A stretch of 64,000 nt of DNA. Source: Gemmatimonadales bacterium (GTDB lineage: Bacteria; Gemmatimonadota; Gemmatimonadetes; Gemmatimonadales; GWC2-71-9). The position numbers and the translations under genes are program-made. Location: NCBI GenBank assembly GCA_041613315.1, contig JBFJHJ010000010.1, forward strand, positions 10,596 to 74,595, read 5' to 3'. Under the pieces are notes generated by a model that was given only the letters and a program-made list of their open reading frames with translations, did not search any database and was not told where the DNA came from. Position 1 is the first letter of the stretch. Each line of letters opens with the position of its first letter. Positions 39,593 through 49,142 of the stretch are shown here, piece by piece.

Positions 39593-40860
39593 CGGCGGGC
39601 GCGTTCGCCGGGCTCGACCCGTGCGTCCACTGCGGCTTTTGTCTGCAGAGCTGTCCGACCTTCCTCGTCACGGGGGACGAGGCCGACGGACCCCGTGGGC
39701 GCATCGTGCTGATGCAGGGGCTGCGCTCGGGACGGATGGCGCCCAACGATCCGGAGCTGACCCTGCACCTCGACCGCTGCCTGGGCTGCCGCGCCTGTGA
39801 GCCGGTGTGTCCGTCGGGCGTCCGCTACGGACCGGCGCTCGAGGCGGCCCGGCACGTCCTGGCCCATGCGCGCCCCGTCCCGCTGGCGGCTCGCGCGGTG
39901 CACGCCGTCATGGCCGAGCCCGCGCTGCGGCGGCCCGCGCTGGCGATCGCCCGCCTGCTACGTCCCATCGCACGGCGCCTCGCCGGTCCGTCGCGCGTGG
40001 GGTTCGCCCTCGGGATGCTGGCGGCGACGGCGCCCGCGCCGTTGAACGGCACGGCACGGACGCGGGAGGAGCGGCAGCGGGATGGGACGGCTCCTCCCCT
40101 CTCTGCGGCGCCGGCCACTCCCGTCGCCGTCTTCACCGGCTGCATCATGTCCGGCTTGTTCGGCCATGTGCACGCGGCGACGCGCCGGGTGCTCGCGGCC
40201 AACGGGTACACCGTGGTAGACGTGCCCGGCCAGGGGTGTTGCGGGGCGCTCCACGCCCACGCCGGCCAACACGAGGCGGCCGCGACGCTGGCCCGGCGAA
40301 ACGCCGCCCGGTTTGCCGCCCTGTCGGCGAGCACCGTCGTGGCGGTGAACAGCGCAGGGTGCGGCGCCATGCTCCGGTCGTACGGCGCGCTCCTGGCCGG
40401 CGATCCGTTACAGCTGGAGGCCGAGGCGCTGGCCGGCCGGACGCGAGACGTCACCGAGCTGCTCGCCGCACGGGGGCCGCGTCGCGGTGCGGCGGTGCCG
40501 CTGCGAGCCGCGTACGATCCCCCGTGCCACTTGCTCCACGCGCAGGGCGTGGCGGAGGCCCCGGCGGCGGTGCTGGGCGCGGTGCCGGAGCTGGACCTGG
40601 TTTCCCACGGCGAAGCCGAGGTCTGCTGTGGCAGCGCCGGAAGCTATTCACTCGTGCAGCCCGCGCTGTCACGCCAGGTACTCGAGCGAAAGCTGGAGGC
40701 GTTACGGGAGGTCCGACCGGAAATCGTGATCACCGGCAACCCGGGCTGCGCCATGCAGATCGGGGCCGGCCTCCTCGCAGACGGCGGGAGCGCGCACATC
40801 GCGCATCCGGTCGAGGTGCTCGACTGGTCGTACGAACGGGCGGGGGTCTATGACGACTGA
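39589..40860 (+). CDS. glcF: Glycolate oxidase iron-sulfur subunit GlcF
   Basis: CVHCGFCLQSCPT, CLGCRACEPVCPSGV, two CCG domains, GNPGCAMQI, HPVEVL. Confidence 0.92.
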   Translation: MTAGAFAGLDPCVHCGFCLQSCPTFLVTGDEADGPRGRIVLMQGLRSGRMAPNDPELTLHLDRCLGCRACEPVCPSGVRYGPALEAARHVLAHARPVPLAARAVHAVMAEPALRRPALAIARLLRPIARRLAGPSRVGFALGMLAATAPAPLNGTARTREERQRDGTAPPLSAAPATPVAVFTGCIMSGLFGHVHAATRRVLAANGYTVVDVPGQGCCGALHAHAGQHEAAATLARRNAARFAALSASTVVAVNSAGCGAMLRSYGALLAGDPLQLEAEALAGRTRDVTELLAARGPRRGAAVPLRAAYDPPCHLLHAQGVAEAPAAVLGAVPELDLVSHGEAEVCCGSAGSYSLVQPALSRQVLERKLEALREVRPEIVITGNPGCAMQIGAGLLADGGSAHIAHPVEVLDWSYERAGVYDD

Positions 40861-41878
40861 GGACAAGGTGACGAACGTTTCACCGCTGCCGCCCGTCGCG
40901 GTGCTCGGCTCCGGCGACGTGCCGCCGCGGGATGCGGAGGCCCTGCTGGACGGCGCCGTGCTGGCGGACTCCGGCGTCGCCGTCGTGAGCTTCACGGGAC
41001 CCGCCGTCATCCAGTGCATCCAGGGTATCCTCACAAACGATATCGAGGCGCGCGGCCCGCATGGTTTTGTCTACGGAGCGGTGCTCACGCCGAAAGGCAT
41101 GATCATCACCGACCTGTGGGTGGCCCGGTCCGGCGGCACCGTGACGGTGTACGCGCCCCCGGAGGGGCGTCAGGCGCTGTTCGACGTCTTCACGCGATCG
41201 CTCCCGCCCCGGCTGGCCCGGCCCGTCGAGCGGACCGACACGGTCACCGTGCTCCGCCTCGCGGGGCCGGGTGCCGCGGACGTGGCGCGGCGCGCCGGGC
41301 TCGCCGTGCCGGAAGCCGGCGCGGCGCGGCGCGGTGCGGTGGGCGGCGTGGAGTGCGACGTCGCGCGGCCGCCGCAGGATCAACCGTTCGTCCTTCAGCT
41401 CGCGTGCCCGCGCGACGCCCACCATGCCGTGCGATCGGCGCTCGAGCGGGCCGGCGCGGTGCCGGCTCCGAGCGCGACGCTCGAGCTCGCCCGCATCCTC
41501 GCCGGCTGGCCGCGCCTGGGGGCGGAGATCGACCAGAAGACGCTGCCGCAGGAGGTGCGCTTCGACGAGCTGGAGGGTGTGTCGTACACGAAGGGATGTT
41601 ACACGGGGCAGGAGACGGTGGCCCGCCTGCACTTTCGCGGGCACGCGAACCGGGAGGTGACGGGCCTGCTCTGGGATCGCCCACCCGCCTCGAACCACCC
41701 GGAGATCCGCTACGACGACAAGCGGGTGGGGCGGGTGTCGAGCATCGCATGGGTCGAGCGAGCCCATCGGTACATTGGCCTGGGGCTGGTGCGCACATCG
41801 GTGACACGGGGCGAGGTCGTGACGGCCAGCGGTGCCCCTGCCCGCACGGTGGATCTGCCGTTTCAACTCCCCGCGTGA
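40850..41878 (+). CDS. Folate-binding YgfZ/GcvT family protein
   Basis: LTPKG, LPQE, VSYTKGCYTGQETVAR signature. Confidence 0.9.
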   Translation: MTTEDKVTNVSPLPPVAVLGSGDVPPRDAEALLDGAVLADSGVAVVSFTGPAVIQCIQGILTNDIEARGPHGFVYGAVLTPKGMIITDLWVARSGGTVTVYAPPEGRQALFDVFTRSLPPRLARPVERTDTVTVLRLAGPGAADVARRAGLAVPEAGAARRGAVGGVECDVARPPQDQPFVLQLACPRDAHHAVRSALERAGAVPAPSATLELARILAGWPRLGAEIDQKTLPQEVRFDELEGVSYTKGCYTGQETVARLHFRGHANREVTGLLWDRPPASNHPEIRYDDKRVGRVSSIAWVERAHRYIGLGLVRTSVTRGEVVTASGAPARTVDLPFQLPA

Positions 41879-43065
41879 GGGGGTGGCGCGGCGTCGGCCC
41901 GGGGGTCGTGGTCGCCGCCGCCTTCATCGGACCGGGAACGGTCACGGCCGCCACGCTCGCAGGGGCGCGGCACGGCGTGACGCTGTTGTGGGCCCTCCTG
42001 TTTGCTACCGTCGCTACGATCGTATTGCAGGAAATGTGCGCCCGCCTCGGCCTCGCCACCGGCGCGGGGTTGGGACAGGCGCTCCGCGCGGTGCGGGGCC
42101 CCCGGTGGGTGGGCGCCGCCCTCGGAGCCCTCGCCGCCGTGGCCGTGATTGGCGGCGCCGCGGCGTACGAGGCCGGCAACCTCACGGGCGCCGCACTCGG
42201 GCTGAGCGCGGTGACCGGTCTCTCGCTCCGCACGTGGGTCGGCATCGGCACCGCGTTGGCCGGGGCGCTCCTTTGGTTCGGCGGCTATCGCGTGGTGGAG
42301 CGGGCTCTGGCCGCTTGTGTCGCCGTCATGGGGTTCGTGTTCCTCGCCACCGCGGTGCTCGTGGCGCCACACCTGGGGGAGATCGTGCGGGGCAGCCTCC
42401 TACCGGCCCTGCCCACGGGCGCGGAGCGCGACGCGCTCGCCCTGGTCGGCACCACCATCGTGCCGTACAACCTGTTCCTGCATGCGGCGGCAGTGCGCGA
42501 GCGGTGGTCCGACATCGCCGACCTCCGGGCGGCACGCCTCGATCTCGTCCTCGCCATCGCGCTCGGGGGCATCGTGTCGGCGGCCGTGGTCGTCACCGCG
42601 AGTGCGGCGCTGGCCGGCGGGCCGGTCACGTCGGCGTCCGACATGGCGCAGCAGCTGGAACCGCTCCTGGGGCGCTGGGCCGGCCGTGCGTTCGCTATGG
42701 GCTACGCCGCAGCCGGCATCTCCTCGGCGATCACGGCACCCCTCGCCGCCGCGTACACGCTCCTCGACGTCACGGGGCGAGGGCGGGATGTCTCCACGCC
42801 GCCGGCACGCGCCGTGTGGGCCGGCTGCATGGCGGTCGGCGCCGTGACCGCGCTGATCGGGTTCCGCCCGGTCCCACTCATCGTGCTCGCACAGATCGTC
42901 AACGGACTGATCCTGCCCGTGGTGGCCGTGGTGCTTCTCGTCGCGATGAACGACCGGCGCCGCTTGGGCACGCACGTGAACGGATGGAAGGGGAATATCG
43001 GGGGGACACTGGTGGCGCTCCTCTGCGCCGCGTTGGGCGCGCGGGCGGTGTGGGCGGCGCTATGA
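41875..43065 (+). CDS. Nramp-like divalent metal transporter (YcsG-like subfamily)
   Basis: GPGVVVAAAFIGPG, QEM.ARLG, GTTIVPYNLFLH, AAGISSAITAPLAA, many TM helices. Confidence 0.85.
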   Translation: MRGWRGVGPGVVVAAAFIGPGTVTAATLAGARHGVTLLWALLFATVATIVLQEMCARLGLATGAGLGQALRAVRGPRWVGAALGALAAVAVIGGAAAYEAGNLTGAALGLSAVTGLSLRTWVGIGTALAGALLWFGGYRVVERALAACVAVMGFVFLATAVLVAPHLGEIVRGSLLPALPTGAERDALALVGTTIVPYNLFLHAAAVRERWSDIADLRAARLDLVLAIALGGIVSAAVVVTASAALAGGPVTSASDMAQQLEPLLGRWAGRAFAMGYAAAGISSAITAPLAAAYTLLDVTGRGRDVSTPPARAVWAGCMAVGAVTALIGFRPVPLIVLAQIVNGLILPVVAVVLLVAMNDRRRLGTHVNGWKGNIGGTLVALLCAALGARAVWAAL

Positions 43066-43069
43066 TCAC

Positions 43070-43184
43070 GGGCGGACAGGCGGTCAGCTCAGGGTCGTCG
43101 CAGACTCGGTCTCGGCCACGAGCCCGCGCCGCCACGGCCGACCGTACCGCCCGACCGGCTATCCGCCTAATCGACCTACCGCCC
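43070..43184. repeat. Inverted arrays of degenerate 8-bp units (nACCGnCn)
   Basis: gggcggac/aggcggtc at 43070-43085 faces gccgaccg taccgccc gaccggct atccgcct aatcgacc taccgccc at 43137-43184. Confidence 0.55.
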
Positions 43185-45902
43185 GATCATCAGTGTCAGC
43201 GACGCCTCCAGCGCACGATCGATGCGCGCTTTTGACTCGTCCAGGTGGGCCCGCGTCGCGGTGTCGAGCCCAACGCTCGCTGCCAGCGCGTCGCCCAGCC
43301 GGCTCGAGAGCCGGCGGAGCTCCCAGCGCGCCAAGGAGCGCGCGTCCTCCGGGACCACGGGCGACGGATCGATCAGCAGGATCGTGAGCTCGTTCAGATA
43401 GGAGCGCTGGAGGTTACGGCGGAACGAGTTGACGGAACGCACACCCTGCCCCCCCTCGCCCGCTTCCGACCAGATCGCCGCCGTCAGCGTGCCCAGTAGC
43501 TCCGCCACCGTGTACGGCTCCGCGCCGGCGGGCATGCGCACCTCGTTGTCGATCATCCGCCGGAGGCGATAGGCGTCGGTCACGGTGTATAGCAGGAGGT
43601 CCTGCACCAGCGAGACGTAGGCGTGGACGGGATAGTCGAGGGGGACGGTGAAGAACGGCATCCCCCAATGCGCCCATCGGTTCGGCGCCATCTTGTTGAG
43701 CTGCTCGGGATCGAAGCGGAACGCATCCTCGGCGAAGACCCCGCGCACCAGCAGGTCCATGGCCTCACGTTGGGTCGCGGCGGGAATGGGCGTGAACGGC
43801 GCACGGCCGCCGGGATCGCCCTTGTGGTCACGCGCAACGTACGCGCCGCCGATCACTTTGGTGACCGGGAGGAGGGCCAGGACCTCCTCGATCAGCAGCG
43901 CGGTCATCGCTCCCCGCAGGCGCTGGTACCCCTCGCCTTCCGCCACGAGACGCGACTCGAGATGCGGCCGCACGCGTCGCACAATCTCAGCCCGGTCGCG
44001 CGCGAACGCCGCCGGGTCGGACCCGAGATCCCAGGCGCTTGTCCGTGGATCGAGCGCAAACGGTCCCAGCCAGTTGTCCTCATCGGTCCCGAACGCGTGC
44101 AGGGGCTCGGCGGCGCGGCGCGCGATGCTCGCAAGGCCGGGACGCTCGGCCTCGGGTGTCGGCACCGGCGTACCCATCGTGGCCGGCTCACCGTTGTCGC
44201 TCGACCCGTAGATCGGGGCGTAGCCGTACTGGATCACCCACTTGTCGTAGGTGCCGACGCCCGTGTTCCAGTACTGGCCCTGCCGGGCCCGATTCGGCGA
44301 CACGTTGACCGGCCCGTAGTCCATGACCGACAGCGTGAGCCCGTGGCGACGCGTGAAGCTCGTGTCCTGGAGCCGATCGTACGGGATCGCGGACGACCCC
44401 TTGAAGTTGTGCCTGAGACCGAGGGTGTGCCCCACTTCGTGCATCGTCAGGTCGCGGATCGCATCGCCGAGGTACGTCTCCGGGAGCGGCTTCCCGCCAT
44501 CCAGCTCGCCCAAGCCCACGAGGAGGGCGTACTGCAGCCCCAACTGTTGGTGCCGACCGAACTCGGCGTAGCAGACACGCTGCGCAAGGACCTGGGGGAG
44601 GCCCGCCGGCGGGCGCTGTAACTCGTCCAGGCGTCTCCGCAGCTCGTCCGGACCGGCCAACTGTTGGTATTCGTAGAGCCATGCCCGGACGATGGACGAC
44701 GAAATGAGGATGTCGGCGTTCAGGATCTCGCCGGTCCGGGGGTCGGTCTGAGAGGGACCGATGGCGTAGCCCATGCGGTGCGCCGCCGTCCAGCGCACCG
44801 TCGAGTACCGCACGTCTTCGGCGCTCCACGTCGTGTCATCCGGCGCGTCGCGGACGACGATCGCGTTCGTGAATCCCGCCGTCTCGAACGCGGCGTTCCA
44901 GGCTTCGATTCCTTCCTTCACGTGCCGCCGGTATTCCCGCGGCACGCTCCGGTCGATGTAGTAGACGATCGGCGTGACCGGATCGGAGCGGCCCGCGCCG
45001 TGGTCCTTCTTCTCGAGGCGCCACCGATTCACGTATCGGAGGTACGGCGAGTCGGTCCGGTCGCGGGAGAAGTCCTCGACCGCGTCGACGAAGTATCCGA
45101 CGCGGTCGTCCGCCAACCGGGGTCGCATCGGCGTCTCGGGCAAGGCGAACAGCGAGTAGCGTATCCCCACCGGCACCGAGCGGTAGTCCGACACCCCCTC
45201 GCCGCCGAACCGGGGAACGTCGCTCGCCTCGAACGTGACCTCGGCGTCGATCTCCACGTTGCTGGGGAACCCCATCACCGTGCCGACGTAACTGCGCTCT
45301 TTGTCGAACCGCACCGGCTTGTTGCCGTAGTAGATCTTGATGACGTCGGCGAGTCCGGCGTAGTCGGACACGATGAGCCCCGTGACGTCTACGAGCACGT
45401 GCTTCGACGCCTGCTGCTCGCTCTCGATCTTGAAGGCCGCCACGATGGAGTGGCCCACGTTGTCATCGAGGGACGCCCGCATCGGCGAACCGGAATCCGC
45501 CGTGAACCGCGTGTTGACGTGCACGAGGTAGATCTTGTCGCCCACCCGGCGGAGCCGCATCAGCCGCGCCTCGCTGAGGGGAAGCCCGTCGTGGACGTTG
45601 AAGTCGCCCACGCCCCGGCTCAAGTGCATCACCAACCCGAAGTCCCGCTCCAGCTGAGCCGGCGCCAGCTCCAACAGCAGCGACTGATCGCGCTTGAGAT
45701 GGAAGGTGAAGTACCCGGCAATCGCGCGCGTGTCCTTCAGGACGTCGTCCCACTTCTTGAGGGGGTCCTTCGACTCGTCTTTCTTCTCCTGCTGCCCAGC
45801 GGCGGACGGCGTCGGTTTCTGCTCCTGCGGATACACCTGGACACACGCGGTGAGCAGGCCCAGCGCGACGGAACGGGCGAGCAACGACACGAGGCGCGGC
45901 AT
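43176..45902 (-). CDS. Zinc-dependent metalloprotease lipoprotein (DUF5117/DUF4953, EcxA-like metzincin)
   Basis: Lipobox LLTAC, DDRVGYF, DPRTGEILNADI, HEVGHTLGLRHNF, Met-turn SVMDY. SD GGAGG. Confidence 0.9.
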   Translation of the reverse strand: MPRLVSLLARSVALGLLTACVQVYPQEQKPTPSAAGQQEKKDESKDPLKKWDDVLKDTRAIAGYFTFHLKRDQSLLLELAPAQLERDFGLVMHLSRGVGDFNVHDGLPLSEARLMRLRRVGDKIYLVHVNTRFTADSGSPMRASLDDNVGHSIVAAFKIESEQQASKHVLVDVTGLIVSDYAGLADVIKIYYGNKPVRFDKERSYVGTVMGFPSNVEIDAEVTFEASDVPRFGGEGVSDYRSVPVGIRYSLFALPETPMRPRLADDRVGYFVDAVEDFSRDRTDSPYLRYVNRWRLEKKDHGAGRSDPVTPIVYYIDRSVPREYRRHVKEGIEAWNAAFETAGFTNAIVVRDAPDDTTWSAEDVRYSTVRWTAAHRMGYAIGPSQTDPRTGEILNADILISSSIVRAWLYEYQQLAGPDELRRRLDELQRPPAGLPQVLAQRVCYAEFGRHQQLGLQYALLVGLGELDGGKPLPETYLGDAIRDLTMHEVGHTLGLRHNFKGSSAIPYDRLQDTSFTRRHGLTLSVMDYGPVNVSPNRARQGQYWNTGVGTYDKWVIQYGYAPIYGSSDNGEPATMGTPVPTPEAERPGLASIARRAAEPLHAFGTDEDNWLGPFALDPRTSAWDLGSDPAAFARDRAEIVRRVRPHLESRLVAEGEGYQRLRGAMTALLIEEVLALLPVTKVIGGAYVARDHKGDPGGRAPFTPIPAATQREAMDLLVRGVFAEDAFRFDPEQLNKMAPNRWAHWGMPFFTVPLDYPVHAYVSLVQDLLLYTVTDAYRLRRMIDNEVRMPAGAEPYTVAELLGTLTAAIWSEAGEGGQGVRSVNSFRRNLQRSYLNELTILLIDPSPVVPEDARSLARWELRRLSSRLGDALAASVGLDTATRAHLDESKARIDRALEASLTLMIGR

Positions 45903-45948
45903 CGATTCCACCTCCGACCTGGACGCCCGTCGCCGGACGTCATCGCTC

Positions 45949-45977
45949 AGCTTACCCGGGGGCGGGGAGGCGGTCAA
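45949..45977 (-). promoter_or_regulatory. Sigma70-like promoter of the metalloprotease gene
   Basis: Minus strand TTGACC(45977-45972)-17-TAAGCT(45954-45949). Confidence 0.6.
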
Positions 45978-46141
45978 GCAACGGGTGAGGCTGCCCGGCG
46001 GCTGGCGTTGCGCGTGCGCGCGGGCCTACTATTCGGTGCCGGTCGCTCGATCGGCCGTCAGCCTGGAACCCGGTCCCCGAAACCCGCGGCGTTTCGCCGG
46101 TGTTCCCTCGGTCCGTCGCCTCTCGCACACGGGAACGTTTC

Positions 46142-47428
46142 ATGATGCGCGCTTTCTTCGTGACCGCTACCCTCTTGGGCCTCGGCGCCGCGTCGGCGGC
46201 CGGGCAACACCAACAGATCGACCGCGCCGTCGAGCGCGTGACGCCGGAGATCACGGAGATCCGCCATCACATCCACCAACACCCCGAACTGGGCAACCGG
46301 GAGGTCGAGACCGCCAAGCTCGTGGCCGACTACCTGCGCCGGCTCGGCTTCGACGAGGTCCAGACCGGGGTCGCCCACACGGGCGTCGTGGCGCTGCTCA
46401 AGGGCCGCCGCCCGGGACCGGTGGTCGCGGTGCGGGCGGACATGGACGCCCTGCCGGTGACGGAGGAGACGCCGTACCCGTGGAAGTCCGTGAAGCGAAC
46501 GACGTACCTCGGACAAGAGGTCGGCGTTTCGCACGCGTGCGGTCACGACATCCACACCGCGGTCCAGCTGGGCGTGGCGTCGGTGTTGGCCTCGCTGCGC
46601 GAGCGGCTGCCGGGCACGGTCAAGTTCATCTTCCAACCCGCCGAAGAGGGGCCGCCGCCGGGCGAGGAGGGTGGCGCGGAGCTGATGCTCAAGGAGGGCG
46701 TCCTCGACAACCCACGACCCACCGCCATCTTCGGGCTCCACACGTTCGCGCACCTGGAGGCCGGCAAGATCGGGTACACGCCGGGAGGAGCGCTCGCGGC
46801 GGTGGACCACTTCTACATCACCCTGCTGGGCACGCAGGCGCACGGCGCGGCGCCGCACCTGTCGGTGGATCCCATCGTCATGGGCGCCGAGGTGGTGCTG
46901 GCGCTGCAGACAATCCGCTCCCGCAGCCTCTCGCCGCTCGAGCCCAGCGTCGTCACCGTGGGGATGTTCCGCGGCGGCCAGCGGTTCAACATCATCCCGG
47001 GCGAGGTGCAGCTCGAAGGGACGGTGCGCACCTACAGCCGGGAGGTACAGGATCAGGTGGAGCGGCGCATGCGGGAGATCTTGGCGGGCGTCACCGCGGC
47101 GTACGGCGGCAGCTTCGAGCTGCGCTACGACCGCACGACGCCGCCCACGATCAACGACGTGGCCCTGACCGAACGCATGGTCCCCAGCGTCGCCAGGGCC
47201 GTGGGCGCGGCCAACGTGGGCCGGATCGCCCCGTGGATGGCCGGCGAAGATTTTGCCTACTTTGCCAATGAGGTGCCCGGATTCTTCTTCCGCCTTGGGA
47301 CGCTCAAGCCCGGCACGACGTCGGGCGATCACCACTCGCCTACGTTCATGGCCGACGACGCGGCGATCCCCGTCGGCATCCGGGCGATGAGCTACGTGCT
47401 CTGGGACTACTTGAACGCACGGAACTAG
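46142..47428 (+). CDS. Exported M20D amidohydrolase
   Basis: Signal peptide, HQHPELG, RADMDALP, HACGHD, FQPAEEG, GEDF, HHSP. Confidence 0.93.
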   Translation: MMRAFFVTATLLGLGAASAAGQHQQIDRAVERVTPEITEIRHHIHQHPELGNREVETAKLVADYLRRLGFDEVQTGVAHTGVVALLKGRRPGPVVAVRADMDALPVTEETPYPWKSVKRTTYLGQEVGVSHACGHDIHTAVQLGVASVLASLRERLPGTVKFIFQPAEEGPPPGEEGGAELMLKEGVLDNPRPTAIFGLHTFAHLEAGKIGYTPGGALAAVDHFYITLLGTQAHGAAPHLSVDPIVMGAEVVLALQTIRSRSLSPLEPSVVTVGMFRGGQRFNIIPGEVQLEGTVRTYSREVQDQVERRMREILAGVTAAYGGSFELRYDRTTPPTINDVALTERMVPSVARAVGAANVGRIAPWMAGEDFAYFANEVPGFFFRLGTLKPGTTSGDHHSPTFMADDAAIPVGIRAMSYVLWDYLNARN

Positions 47429-47438
47429 CCGCCGCGAC

Positions 47439-49142
47439 ATGACCCCACTGACCGACCAGGAGCTGGTCGAGCGCTGGCGCGGCGAGCCCGCGCCGCTGCT
47501 CCCCCTGTTGCACGCCTTCCACGATCGGGACGGGTTTCTGTCCGAAGAGGCGATGCGGGCGGTGGCCCGGGGCCTCGACCTCCCGATCGCGGAACTCTAC
47601 GGGAACGTCACGTTCTACCATCATTTCGCGCGCCAACCAGCGCAGCGCGGGGCGGCGCGCGTTTGCACCGGTCCCATTTGCCGCCTGCTCGGTGGAGAGG
47701 CACTGCTCGAGGCGCTGGCCGGCGAAGGCGCGACCGCCATGCCGTGCGCCGGCCGGTGCGACGACCCGGTGCCGGTGCTCCGCGGCCCGACACTGCTCGT
47801 GGGCAGGACGGCCGACCAGCTCGCGTCCCGACCCTCGCCACTGCCACCGCGCAACCCGGGCGGCGTCGAAGAGTGCGTCTTCGCGGCGATTCGCGAGCCG
47901 GGGCGCGCGGGTCTCGAGGGATACCGGAAGAGCGGCGGGTACGAAGGACTGACGCGCGCCCTGACGACGATGCGACCGAGCGACGTGATCCAGCTCATCA
48001 CCGACAGCACGCTCGCGGGCCGGGGCGGTGCAGGGTTTCCGACCGGAACCAAATGGAAAGCGGTGGCCGACGCGTCCGGCCGGCCCAAGACGATTGTGTG
48101 CAACGCCGACGAAGGCGAGCCGGGCTGCTTCAAGGACCGCGCGATCCTCGATCACGACCCGCATGCGGTGCTCGAGGGCATGGTGCTGGCCGGCTACGCG
48201 ACGGGCGCGACCCGCGGATTCATCTACCTCCGCTACGAGTACCCTGAGACCGCCGACATCCTGGAGCGGGCGGTCGCCGAGGCGGGCCGGGCGGGCGTCC
48301 TCGGGGAGCGGGTGCTGGGCACCGACTTCGACTTTCGGATCTACGTGCGGCGCGGGGCCGGGGCATATATCTGCGGCGAGGAGGGATCGCTCCTCAACAG
48401 CCTGGAGGGCAAGCATCCGTTCCCGCGCAACCGGCCGCCGTTCCCCGTCACCCACGGGTACGAGGACCTGCCCACCGTCGTGAACAACGTCGAGACGCTC
48501 GCCTCGACGCCGCACATCCTCCGCCGCGGCGCCGCGTGGTACCGCGGTCTGGGCCTGAACGGCCACGCGGGCACGAAGGTCATCAGCCTCTCGGGCGACA
48601 TCCAGCGGCCCGGGAACTACGAGGTGCCCCTGGGGCTCCCGCTCCCGACGCTGCTCGGTGACTGGGCCGGTGGTCCGCCGCCGGGCCGGACCATCCAGGC
48701 CGTCACGATGGCCGGCCTGTCGGGGGGGTTCCTCGCCGGCGACGACCTGGACGTGACGCTGGACGAGGCCAGCATCCGCGCACGCGGGTCGTTCTTGGGC
48801 GCGGGGGGCATCATGGTGTTCGACGATTCACGGGACATGGTCGACGTGGCCCACGGCGCGATGGCGTTTTTCGCCCATGAGTCGTGCGGGAAGTGCTTCC
48901 CGTGCCGCATCGGCACGCAGCGGCTCACCGAGCGCCTGGCCGGCGCGGCCGGGCCCGCGGAGCTTACCGCGTGGCTCGACGAGGTGACCGACATCGGCAG
49001 GGTCATGAAGGCCATCAGCGCGTGCGGGCTCGGCACGGCGGCCCCTTTGATTACCGAGAGCCTGATGCGGTATTTTCCGGAGCGGCTCGCGGCGCACGTG
49101 CGCTCGCACGGAGCGCACCCCGACCAACAGGATCGTCCATGA
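47439..49142 (+). CDS. NuoE-NuoF fusion: diaphorase (gamma+beta) subunit of NAD-dependent formate dehydrogenase
   Basis: NuoE-like CTGPIC...CAGRC, NuoF GRGGAGFPTG.KW, NADEGEPG, YICGEE, NNVET, CGKCFPCRIG...C. ATGA overlap with the FDH alpha gene. Confidence 0.92.
   Translation: MTPLTDQELVERWRGEPAPLLPLLHAFHDRDGFLSEEAMRAVARGLDLPIAELYGNVTFYHHFARQPAQRGAARVCTGPICRLLGGEALLEALAGEGATAMPCAGRCDDPVPVLRGPTLLVGRTADQLASRPSPLPPRNPGGVEECVFAAIREPGRAGLEGYRKSGGYEGLTRALTTMRPSDVIQLITDSTLAGRGGAGFPTGTKWKAVADASGRPKTIVCNADEGEPGCFKDRAILDHDPHAVLEGMVLAGYATGATRGFIYLRYEYPETADILERAVAEAGRAGVLGERVLGTDFDFRIYVRRGAGAYICGEEGSLLNSLEGKHPFPRNRPPFPVTHGYEDLPTVVNNVETLASTPHILRRGAAWYRGLGLNGHAGTKVISLSGDIQRPGNYEVPLGLPLPTLLGDWAGGPPPGRTIQAVTMAGLSGGFLAGDDLDVTLDEASIRARGSFLGAGGIMVFDDSRDMVDVAHGAMAFFAHESCGKCFPCRIGTQRLTERLAGAAGPAELTAWLDEVTDIGRVMKAISACGLGTAAPLITESLMRYFPERLAAHVRSHGAHPDQQDRP

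Noticed and set aside
47439..49142. Respiratory complex I nuoEF
   Set aside because: No other nuo genes are nearby, and it is translationally coupled to the FDH alpha gene, so it is the FDH diaphorase.
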